Assembly (NCBI RefSeq): GCF_006345805.1
Contig: NC_043001.1
Location: forward strand, 16,306,001-16,370,000
Origin: Octopus sinensis
Lineage: Eukaryota
Direction: 5' to 3'
Length of the DNA stretch: 64,000 bases
Below, piece after piece: positions 1 through 10,490 of this stretch. Position 1 is the stretch's first letter. Each line of letters starts with the position of its first letter. The notes beneath the pieces are model-generated. The model saw only the letters and a program-made list of their open reading frames with translations, was not told where the DNA came from and searched no databases. The translations under genes were made by a program, and so were the position numbers.

Positions 1-1176
1 AACTAATTGTGGTTTCTGATTTACAGGTGTTTGAACTGAGTCAAGTGTGAAATGGAGCCTGTTGAGTGTCGAGCAGTGATGCGGTTTTTGTATTTGAAAG
101 GACGCACATCACGGGAGACTTTTGATGAAATGAAAGTAACTTATGGTGACGATGCCCCATCATATGACCTTGTAAAATGCTGGCATCGTGAATTCAAACA
201 TGATTGGAACTCTGTGAAAACAGCTCCCAGATCTGGTCGCCCCGCTTCTGCCATTGATGAGGCATCTGTCCGTCAAGTTGAGGCTGCCATTTTGGAAGAT
301 CGACGCATAACTATTCGCCAAATAGCCCATGAGGTCAAGATTAGTACCGGGTCTGTGGAAACTATCATTCATGACCATTTGCATATGCAAAAGGTGTCTG
401 CCAGATGGATTCCCAGGTTGCTCACACCTTTCCAGAAGCAAGAACGCGTCGAGTGCTCGAGGATGAATTTGGAGATGTGCCAAGAAGATGAGTCAAAATG
501 TTTCAAAAGACTGATTACACAGGATGAAACCTGGGTCCATCACTATGATCCAGAGACCAAAGCCCAGTCAATGCAGTGGAAGCACCGTGACTCACCTCCT
601 CCAAAGAAGGCAAGGGTGCAGCCCTCCGCTGGCAAGGTCATGCTCACAGTCTTCTGGGACCAGGACAGAGTAGTGATGACAGATTTCCTGGCAAAGGGTA
701 CCACAATTACAGGAGCCTATATGCTTCACTTTTGAGGAAATTAAGAGAAGCTATCAAAATCAAGAGGCGGGGCAAGATCAGCAAAGGCATCCTCCTCCTG
801 CAGGACAACGCTCCGGTCCACAACTCGCGTGTCGCCAGATCAGAAGCACAGGCGTGTGGCTATGAACTCCTCCCCCATCCCCCCTACCCTCCTGACCTTG
901 CACCCTCTGATTCTCACCTCTTCCCAGCCATGAAGTTGTTTTTGAAAAGAAAGCGTTTCCCAGATGATGCAACCTTGATTTCTGAAGTCACGTCGTGGTT
1001 GGAGGACCAAGCTGGGGTCTTCTACAAAAACAGTCTCCAGAGCTGCATCAAACGATGGGAGAAATGCGTAACTCTGGGTGGTTCCTATGTAGAAAAAGAC
1101 TAATACCTGTGCCGAGTTTCGTTGCTCTACTGCTATGGGAAGTGGTTCAAGGGCATTACTTATTGAACGCCCCTCG
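1..1176 (+). mobile_element. Mariner transposon, right TIR at 1151-1176, left end outside window
   Basis: GGGCATTACTTATTGAACGCCCCTCG follows the transposase stop; its reverse complement CGAGGGGCGTTCAATAAG is a mariner-type terminus. Confidence 0.9.
52..1103 (+). pseudogene. Mariner (DD34D) transposase, one frameshift near 720
   Basis: ORFs 52-735 and 732-1103 join if one T is restored (GCCTAT_ATGCT to GAYYASLL), giving ~350 aa. Motifs WIPRLL, TQDETW, QDNAPVH and YPPDLAPSD; 34 residues between the 2nd and 3rd Asp. Confidence 0.95.
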
Positions 1177-1550
1177 TGTGTATATATATCAGCAGCAAAA
1201 CTATTCAGAAGCAAATATTTATATAGATATTGATAGTGCTATTATTATTGAAGGCTATACAAATAGGTGATAACAAAGGCAACCTTAATATAGGTCGTTG
1301 CAAGCCTAAAACAGCATTATATAACTATAGAGTTGAAATTATATTTATCAGAAGGACACATTAGAGTGTCTACCTGCTAGAAATGAGAGTTAAAATCCTC
1401 ATTTGGACTACCAAAGAATTTGTGGAAGATTTTTTTTTTTTTGATCCACTGTTGATTCTGTTATTTCAATGTTAATGTTTTCATGGTCCAAATGAGGAGT
1501 TTAACTCTCATTTCTAGCAGGTAGACACTTTAATGTCTCCTTATGATTAA

Positions 1551-1632
<82 letters not shown>

Positions 1633-1635
<3 letters not shown>

Positions 1636-2034
1636 TTTTACTTGTTTCAGTCATTTGACTGCGGCCATGCTGGAGCACCGCCTTTAGTCGAGCAAATCGA
1701 CCCCGGGACTTATTCTTTGTAAGCCCAGTACTTATTCTATCGGTCTCTTTTGCCGAACCGCTAAGTGAAAGGGACGTAAACACACCAGCATCGGTTGTCA
1801 AACAATGCTAGGGGGACAAACACAGACACACAAACATATACATACACACTTATATATATATACATATATACGACGGCCTTTTTTCAGTTTCCGTCTACCA
1901 AATCCACTCACAAGGCATTGGTCGGCCCGGGGCTATAGTAGAAGACACTTGCCCAAGATGCCATGCAGTGGGACTGAACCCGGAACCATGTGGTTGGTTA
2001 GCAAGCTACTTACCACACAGCCACTCCTGTGCCT
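1633..2034 (-). mobile_element. tRNA-derived SINE family A (~400 bp, internal TA/CA microsatellite)
   Basis: Head AGGCGCAGGAGTGGCTGTGTGGTAAG...GGTTCAGTCCC, tail AAGAGTAAAAGAG. Other copies: 9538-9940(-), 10929-11320(-), 15643-16053(-), 25065-25480(+), 25590-25900(+), 26150-26530(-), 38557-38918(+), 41027-41403(-), 45127-45702(-), 48540-48985(-). Confidence 0.85.
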
Positions 2035-2091
2035 ATCTATCTATTTATTGGTTTATTTACCTCTTTCTTTCTTTCTCTCTCTCTCCCTCTG

Positions 2092-2135
<44 letters not shown>

Positions 2136-2393
2136 CATCATCGTTATCATCATCATCATTATAATTTAACATCTGGCATGGATTGGATGATTTGACTGGA
2201 GCTGACAAGGCTGGGAACCATACCAGGCTCCATTTGTCTGTTCTGGCATGGTGTCCACAGCTGGATACCCTTCCAAATGCCAACTACTTTACATAGTGTA
2301 CTGGGTGCTTTTTATGAAGCACCATCACCAGTGTTTTTTACGTGTCAGCATCACTGACAAGGTCAACCTTACAACATAAAAAAAGGCAAAATA

Positions 2394-3111
2394 TATACGG
2401 AGTGGCCCAAAAGTATGTATACAGTTATCACCTGGGCACTTTACATTTCTTTTAAAACATTTTATTATATCTAAATTTCTATCTAACAATTAATTAAATT
2501 AACATAGAATAATGGTTTCATGTGGAGGCACGTGGCTTAGTGGTTAGGGTGTCAGCATCATGATCGTAAGATTGTGGTTTCGATTCCTGGACCGGGAGAC
2601 GCATTGTGTTCTTGAGCAAAACACTTCGTTTCACGTTGCTCCAGTCCACTCAGCTGGCAAAAATGAGTAACTCTGTGATGGGCTGGCGTCCCGTTCAGCT
2701 GGGGAACACATATAACATAGAAACCAGGAAACCGGGCCTATGAGCCTGGCTAGGCTTTAACCCTTTCGTTACTGAAATTATTTTGAGATGCTCAGTGTTT
2801 CTTCCAATTATGTTAAATATAACAAAGAATTAAGTAAAATAACATCGTTATCATTAAGCTAGAGTTAGGGACATAAATTGTGACTAAGGTTTGGTGGAAG
2901 GTTTTAATTCAGAACTTTTGAAAACCAGACATTTGTACTAAAGAGCCAGAGCCGGTTTCAGCCGGGTTGGTAACGAAAGGGTTAAAGGGGTGCATTTATT
3001 TATTTTTTTTAATGGTTTCATAATTTTTATAATTAAGATTTAAACTGTTAATGTATGAATGTGAAAGGGACAGTTGAATAACTGTAAACCTACTTTTGGG
3101 CCACCCTGTAT
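2394..3111. mobile_element. Tc1/mariner-type MITE with nested SINE and piggyBac-type MITE
   Basis: Terminal inverted repeats GTGGCCCAAAAGTA..TACAGTT and AACTGTAAACCTACTTTTGGGCCAC with TA flanks; tRNA-like SINE nested at 2520-2756. Confidence 0.7.
2757..2985. mobile_element. piggyBac-type MITE (~225 bp)
   Basis: TTAA|CCCTTTCGTTAC...GTAACGAAAGGG|TTAA. Other copies: 4501-4729, 4951-5166, 5190-5419, 6886-7114, 30597-30773 (truncated), 47528-47749. Confidence 0.85.
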
Positions 3112-3754
3112 AATCATTCCTTGTCTGTTTTCCATCCTGGTATGAGTAGGATGGTTTCACAAGATCCAGCGAGGAAGAGCACTGTGTCAGGTTGCAGTGT
3201 CTACTTTGGCATAGTTTTTACAGTTGGATGACCCTTCTAATGCCAACCACTTTACAGAGTGTGGTGGATGTCTTTTTGTTGCACAGGCACTAGTGAGGTT
3301 ACCAAGTAACCCATAAAACAAGAACCCTTAACAGAAAAGAGGCAGGGGTGCAGTATTGGAGATGGCTTTGAGCTAGATGTAAAAAAAAAGGCTAAAGTAT
3401 GATAGAGGGAGAGAAACCGGCATCCTGCTGCAGAGGGGATATATGGTTACCCGAGCAGAAAAAGAAGAATGGTGGAGGTGAGGTGTCAAGGTGTAACCTG
3501 AGGTATAAGGAGGTGAATAAATAGAGAATATGAATTGAGAATCAATGATGGCTGAGTGGGTAGGTTCAAGAGTGTGAAAGGAGAACGACAGATAGTAGAG
3601 ATGAGGACAGAGGTGAATGAAGTGAATGGTAAACATGGGTGGAGGCATGGTAAGTGTGGGAGAAGGTGAAGGAAAATAGGGGTGGATCAGCATAGGAGGT
3701 AATACATACATCTTGTGCACTTATAGATCACACAGGGTGTGCTGTGTGGCATTT

Positions 3755-4497
3755 CTACCCACCCCTTTCCAAGAAACTATAAGAGGCCATTTCTTTGATG
3801 CTACCAAAATCCTCTTCTTTTCTAGAAATTAAAACCTTTGTGTTTGCTAAGTTGAACCTGAGGCCTCTCAATTTTAAATTTTGTTTCCATGCTTGAATCT
3901 TTTTCTCTAGACCTTCCAGAGTCTTTGCTATAAGCACTAAATCATCAGCATACAGGAATTCCCATGGGATGGAAGCACTCTGTCGGTTACAACGACGAGG
4001 GTTCCGGTTGATCCGAATCAACGGAACAGCCTTCTCATGAAATTAACGTGTAAGTGGTTGAGCACTCCACAGACACGTGTACCCTTAACATAGTTCTCGG
4101 GGATATTCAGCGTGACACAGAGTGACAAGGCCGGCCCTTTGAAATACAGGTACAACAGAAACAGGAAGTAAGAGTGAGAGAAAGTTGTGGTGAAAGAGTA
4201 CAGCAGGGATCACCACCACCCCCTGCCGGAGCCTCGTGGAGCTTTAGGTGTTTTCGCTCAATAAACACTCACAACGCCCGCTCTGGGAATCAAAACCGCG
4301 ATCCTATGACCGCGAGTCCGCTGCCCTAACCATTGAGCCATTGCGCCTCCACTCAGGAATTCCCATAGGCAGTCAGTCTCAAACTCCTCTGTTACGATAA
4401 ACAGGAGAGGGTTAAGAACAGAGCCCCAGTGGACACCAACTTGCACTTCATGCTCTTTACTGAACTCAATTTCCACTTCTCCCTTTTCTTTAGCATG
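3755..4497 (-). mobile_element. RTE-clade LINE reverse-transcriptase fragment interrupted by a SINE
   Basis: Translation gives KVQVGVHWGSVLNPLLF...CLWEFLYADDLVLIA (RT YADD motif), split at 3966-4353. Confidence 0.8.
3966..4353 (-). mobile_element. tRNA-derived SINE family E with 13-bp target-site duplication
   Basis: Head GTGGAGGCGCAATGGCTCAATGGTTAGGGC...GGTTTTGATTCCC; CAGGAATTCCCAT duplicated at 3953-3965 and 4354-4366. Related heads at 2520, 31966 and ~49900(-). Confidence 0.8.
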
Positions 4498-5936
4498 TCC
4501 TTAACCCTTTCGTTACTGTATTTATTTTGAGATGCTCTGTGTTTCTTTGAATTAATTTTAAATATAACAAAGAATTTAGTAAAATATTTTAGTTATCATT
4601 AAGCTAGTGTTAGGAACATAAATTGTGACTAGGGTTTGGTGGAAGATTTTAATTCAAAACTTATGAAAACAAGACATTTGTACACAGAGCCAGAGTCGGT
4701 TTCAGCTGGGTTGGTAACGAAAGGGATAAGGGACATTTTGACTAGATAATTATCTACCTTAATAGCAGGCCCCTCAGGTAAACATCAGGTAGACCCTTTT
4801 CTTTCCATACATTTTTCAAATTCAACAACCTCTCATGGTGAGAAATATACACTTTCATCTGGGAAGAAAACCTCTATAGTACTAGTTTCACAAAAAAAAA
4901 AAAGCACCCAGTTCACATTGTAAAGTGTTTGATGATAAGAAGGGCATCCCTTAACCCTTTCGTTACCAACCCGGCAGAAACCGGCTCTGGCTCTGAGTAC
5001 AAATGTCTTGTTTTCATAAGTTTTGAATTAAAATCTTCCACCAAATCCTAGTCATAATACTAGCTTAATGATAACTAAGTTATTTTACTAAAATCTTTGT
5101 TATATTTAAACTTGATTCAAAGAAACACAGAGCATCTCACCAGAAATATGGTCACAAAAGGGTTAAAATATATAATAGAGAAATGATTGTTAACCCTTTC
5201 GTTACCAACCCGGCTGAAACCGCCTCTGGTTCTGTAGTACAAATGTTTTGTTTTCATAAGTTTTGAATTAAAATCTTCCACCAAACCCTAGTCACAATTT
5301 ATGTTCCTAACATTAGCTTAATGATAACTAAAATATTTTACTAAATTCTTTGTTATATTTAAAATTAATTGAAAGAAACACAGAGCATCTCAAAATATAT
5401 ACAGTAACGAAAGGGTTGAGGAAATGCTAAAGAAAAGGGAGGAGTGGAAATGAGTTCAGTAAAGAGTAAGAAGTGCAAGTTGGTGTCCACTGGGGCTCTG
5501 TTCTTAACCCTGTCCTGTTTATCAGGGCATCTAGCCTATCAAACAAAGCCAAATTCCTCAACTCAATGCCACACACACACACATGTGTGCGTAACATAAC
5601 AGACAAAGGAAAACACAGAGTGTTGGTTGACTAATTGCTAGTTCCCAGCGGACCAGTTAATTACTATTTTATCAGTCTGTTTGAAAAATGCACTGAAAGA
5701 CTGGTGTACCAAATGATTGACAAATCTTTACTAGTAATTTTTACTCAAGGTCAATCAATGGAAATCAGTACAAAGTTTGTTTCTCCCTTTCTCTCTCTCT
5801 CTCGCTTGCTTCCTGTTTCTTCATTTACCTTTCTGCATGAGGAAATCTTATTTACCTGTCATTGTAATGAGATTAGTCCAAAAGAGAGACTTAACACCTC
5901 TCACTTTCATATTCTGGCATTATAAAAGAATGCTAT

Positions 5937-6450
5937 CATCATCATCATCGTTTAACGTCCGCGCTTTTCATGCTAGCATGGGTTGGACGATTTTGACTGA
6001 GGGCTGGCGAACCAGGTGGCTGCACCAGGCTCCAATCTTGATCTGGCAGAGTTTCTACAGCTGGATGCCCTTCCTAACGCCATCCACTCTGAGAGTGTAG
6101 TGGGTGCTTTTTATATGCCAGTCAGGCGGTACTGGCAACGACCTCGCTTGAATCTTTTTACACATGCCACCGGCACAGGTGCCAGTAAGGCGATGCTGAT
6201 AACGATCACACTCGAATGGTGCCCTTTTACGTGCCACCGACACAGAAGCTGCTCTGGCAATGATCACGCTCAGATGGTGCTCTTGGCACCCTACTTGCAT
6301 GGGGTTCAAGTGCCAGTAAGGCAACGCTGATAACGATCGCACTCGAATGGTGCCTTTTACCTGCCACTGGCACGGAAGCTGGTTAGCCACTCTGTCAAGG
6401 ATCACATTCGTATGGTGCTCTTTGCAACCCGCTAGCACGGATGCCAGTCA
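5937..6450. mobile_element. SINE-like family C with (CAT)n end and internal ~55-bp minisatellite
   Basis: CATCATCGTTTAACGTCCGC...CAGCTGGATGCCCTTCCTAACGCC core. Other copies near 8150, 10250, 12270, 12570, 22760, 27740, 28900, 33000, 49195, 49940, 50990, 53265, 58730, 60420 and 62910. Confidence 0.75.
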
Positions 6451-7149
6451 TTAAAAAAAAGCAGTTTGTTGTTTGTTTTTTGTTCTTTCTTTTTTTTTTA
6501 TTGAACGAAGCCCTTAACTGCAACTGAAGACACACAGATATTGCTGCAAGGAATACAGCACTACACACTGTGCTCTACCACTACACCACCAACATGGCCC
6601 CTGACCAATCAACATGCCCTCTCTAAGACATACCTACACCAATCAACTTACCCTCATTAATGCACTGCCCCACTACATGATGTGTCCTCATTAACATACT
6701 TTACCACCACATAAGGGGTCACTGAAAAGTTCCTGGCTTTGGGTAAAAGAAAATACAGGAGGATCAATTAATTATGATTTTATTCAGCATATTCCCCTCT
6801 TGGATTCACACACCTATTGCAGCCATCTTCAGTTTTTCAAAGTACTCAGAAGGATAGGTCCCTAACCAGGCCTTTTGCAATCCCCTTAACCCTTTCGTTA
6901 CTGTATTTATTTTGAGATGTTCTGTGTTTCTCTTAATTATTTTAGATATAACAAAGAATTTAGTAAAATAACTTCGTTATCATTAAGCTGGTGTTAGGAA
7001 CATAAATTGTGACTAAGGTTTGGTGGAAGATTTTAATTCAAAACTTATGAAAACAAGACATTTGTACTACAGGGCCAGAGGCGGTTTCAGCCAGGTTAGT
7101 AACGAAAAGGTTAAAGCCACAAACTTTTTGGCATCACCTCCTGTGTATG

Positions 7150-7500
7150 TGTATATTATATCAACCCCAGTGCGTAACTGGTACTTATTTAATCGACCCC
7201 GAAATGATTAAAGGCAAAGTTGACCTTGGCAGAAGTTAAACTCAAAACGTAGCAGCAGATGAAATACCTGTTTCTTTACTACCCACAAGGGGCTAAACAC
7301 AGAGAAGACAAACAAGGACAGACAAACGGATTAAGTCAATTATATCGACCCCAGTGTGTAACTGGTACTTATTTAATCGACCCCAAAAGGATGAAAGGCA
7401 AAGTTGACCTCAGCAGAATTTGAACTCAGAACGCAGCGGCAGACGAAATACCACTAAACATTTCACCCAGCGCGCTAACGTTTCTGCCAGCTCGCCGCCT
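7150..7500 (-). mobile_element. tRNA-derived SINE family B
   Basis: Head GGCGGCGAGCTGGCAGAAACGTTAGC, B box GAGTTCAAATTCC, core GCCTTTCATCCTTTCGGGGTCGATAAAT. Other copies near 21290, 24478, 27183, 27505, 28500, 34570, 43440, 54500 and 57580. Confidence 0.8.
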
Positions 7501-7618
7501 TATTCTACAACCAAGCTACAACCAGATACCTTACCCCAGTGCCACACATCATCACAAAACATACCCACACATACACCATACGGGATAACTTCAGTAAAAT
7601 ATGTGATAATGAACTCAC

Positions 7619-7807
7619 GTAACTACTGTATTCAGGCCACATGCTTTTAGTTTCTTCAAAACAGGCATCCAATATTGTGGAACAATCCTGAAGTAATGGA
7701 CTGATCCAGCTAAAATGCGGATCTTCTTTCCTTTCAAATAGAACTGCTGCTTTTCAAAAGTCAAAGATTGAGCCGGTGGAGCAGATAATGCTTCTCCTTG
7801 GATTTTT
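7619..7807 (-). CDS. GLB1L2: GH35 beta-galactosidase exon 2
   Basis: Acceptor TTTTCATTTTGCAG, donor AC|GTGAGT, 189 nt. Encodes KIQGEALSAPPAQSLTFEKQQFYLKGKKIRILAGSVHYFRIVPQYWMPVLKKLKACGLNTVVT, matching GGSIHYFRVP..YW..RL.KMKACGLNT of GLB1L2. Confidence 0.95.
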
Positions 7808-10445
7808 CTGCAAAATGAAAATAGAGAGAAACATTATAGAGTATTATCAAAATAAACTTTTTTCTTTTTGTTATAGAAGCAGTAAATATTTTGTTAACCC
7901 CTAAAAAGAGAACTGGGCTTGATCCATTGCTCCAATATTTCTGTGTTAGAAAATAAATAAAAAAAAAACAACACAAGAATCAATGTCTTCAAGAATATAT
8001 ATAGATATATTCTTGTGTATAAGGAAAAATGTTTTACTTTGTAAAATGTTTAATTTAGTCAAATTTATTTGCCTCAAGTTATATCATGCTGATGATTTTA
8101 AATAAGAATGAAATGGTGCCATATGTGACCAGATATTTTAAGATTTTTTCATCGTTTAACGTCCGTTTCCCGCGCTAGCACAGGTTGGACGGTTCGACCG
8201 GGGTCTGGGAAGCCAGGGGCTGCACCAGGCTCCAGTCTGATCTGGCAGTGTTTCTACAGCTTGATGCCCTTCCTAACGCCAACCACTCCGTGAGTGTAGT
8301 GGATGCTTTTTACATGCCACCAGCACAGGTGCCAGAGGAGGCTGGCAGCGGCCATGATCGGTTGGTGCTTTTAACGTGCCACCGGCATGGAAGCTAGCCG
8401 AGGCGGCGCTGGCATCGGCCACGTTCGGATGGTGTTTTTTTTATGTGCCACCAGCACAGAAGCCAGTCGAGGCGGCGCTGGCATCAGCCACGTTCGGATG
8501 GTGCTTTTTATGTGCCACCGGCACAGAAGCCAGTCGAGGCGGCGCTGGCAACGGCCACATTTGGATGGTGCTTTTTATGTGCCACTGGCACAGGTATAAC
8601 AACTACTATTTCCATTGATATTTGTTTTGATGTTCATGTACTTGACTCAACAGGTCTCCTCAAGCACAGTGGGATGTTCTGGGATCCAAGGTACTTTGAA
8701 TGGGCAGGGGCTATGTGGGACTGGTGCAGGAAGCAGCCCGAGTCTTTGCAGTCACAGCACATCTCCAGAGATCTCGGTCCTTCGCCATTGCCTCAGTGAG
8801 GCCCAACGCTCTGAGGTCATGCTTGACTACCTCATCCCATATCTTCCTGGGTCTACCTCTCCCCTTGATTCCAATTAAATATGTATATTCTGTACATCTA
8901 ATTCATTGCTCTTTGACTTAAAATTCAGCTTCTAATCCTAATGTGATTAAGCTAGAAACAATTAACTCTCTTACAATAATTACTAGTTTCATCAGGATAC
9001 ACCATTGTTTGTAAGATGTTGTTTTACATAATTTTAAACACATATGGCCATTTTATTCAGCTTTGTCTTCTTCAGGTTAAAAGCATCATTAAGTTTCATT
9101 TCTAAAAAGTTAACATCATAGCACCTTGCTATCTTCACTACAACTCTGATAATAATATTTGTTACTATAATCTGAAAACTATATCGGAAGGAAGGAATTC
9201 CAACCATGCTACATGGTTTGCTACCTCAACAGCTCCTTTAGAGGAACCATGTCCAGTTTCGACTCCTACTCTTCTACCGTTTTTGATGTGGTGACCCCCC
9301 CCCACCTCCACTCTTTGGAGAACCACCAGAACTACCATCCAAAGAAAGACACCAACCAAACACTGTCTGAATAAGGAAAAGTATATATGAAATGAATTAA
9401 GTTGAACTGGCTTCAGCTCATGAACTGTGACCATGCTGGGGCAACACCATTTCATTTTACAGCATACACATTTTGTACTTTGCAAAAAATTTTTTTCTTA
9501 GAACTTGACATTCGATGCTTGAGAGAATCTGACACTCTCTCTTTTACTCGTTTCAGTCATTTGACTGCGGCCATGCTGGAGCACTGCCTTTAGTCGAGCA
9601 AATCGACCCCGGGACTTATTCTTTGTAAGCCCAGTACTTATTCTATCGGTCTCTTTTGCCGAACGGCTAAGTGACGGGGACGTAAACACACCAACATCGG
9701 TTGTCAAGCAATGCTAGGGGGACAAACACAGACACACAAACACATACACACACATACATATATATATATATACATATATACAACAGGCTTCTTTCAGTTT
9801 CCGTCTACCAAATCCACTCACAAGGCATTGGTCAGCCCGAGGCTATAGCAGAAGACACTTGCCCAAGATGCCACGCAGTGGGACTGAACCCGGAACCATG
9901 TGGTTGGTTAGCAAGCTACTTACCACACAGCCACTCCTGCTGCTTTCTCTTGCACTTCTTACTGTGAATCTAAATTCATTTGAGACCCTTGAGAGTAAGA
10001 GATCTAATCCTGCTTTTTTTATGACCCTTACATCCACCTGATATGAGTATGCACTCCATTTTGTGCTATCTCATGTACACATGTGCATATATGTGTGGAA
10101 ATATCTATAGGTGTGTATATAAATGTATATATGTGTGTGCAGGTATGTAAGTACGTATATTTATATAAAAATATAGGGATGTACACACTTTTATGCGTGT
10201 ATTTGTGAATACATATGCATGTGTACACGTGTGTGTGTATATATATATACATATGCGGGTGGCACGTAAAAAGCACCCACTACACTCACGGAGTGGTTGG
10301 CGTTAGGAAGGGCATCCAGCTGTAGAAACATTGCCAGATCTGACTGGGCCTGATGCAGCCTTCTGGCTTCACAGACCCCAGTTGAACCGTCCAACCCATG
10401 CTAGCATGGAAAACGGACGCTAAATGATGATGATGATGATGATGA

Positions 10446-10490
<45 letters not shown>

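Noticed and set aside
1-7618. GH35 exon 3 (YVPWN.HE)
   Set aside because: Not found on the minus strand; presumably left of the window.
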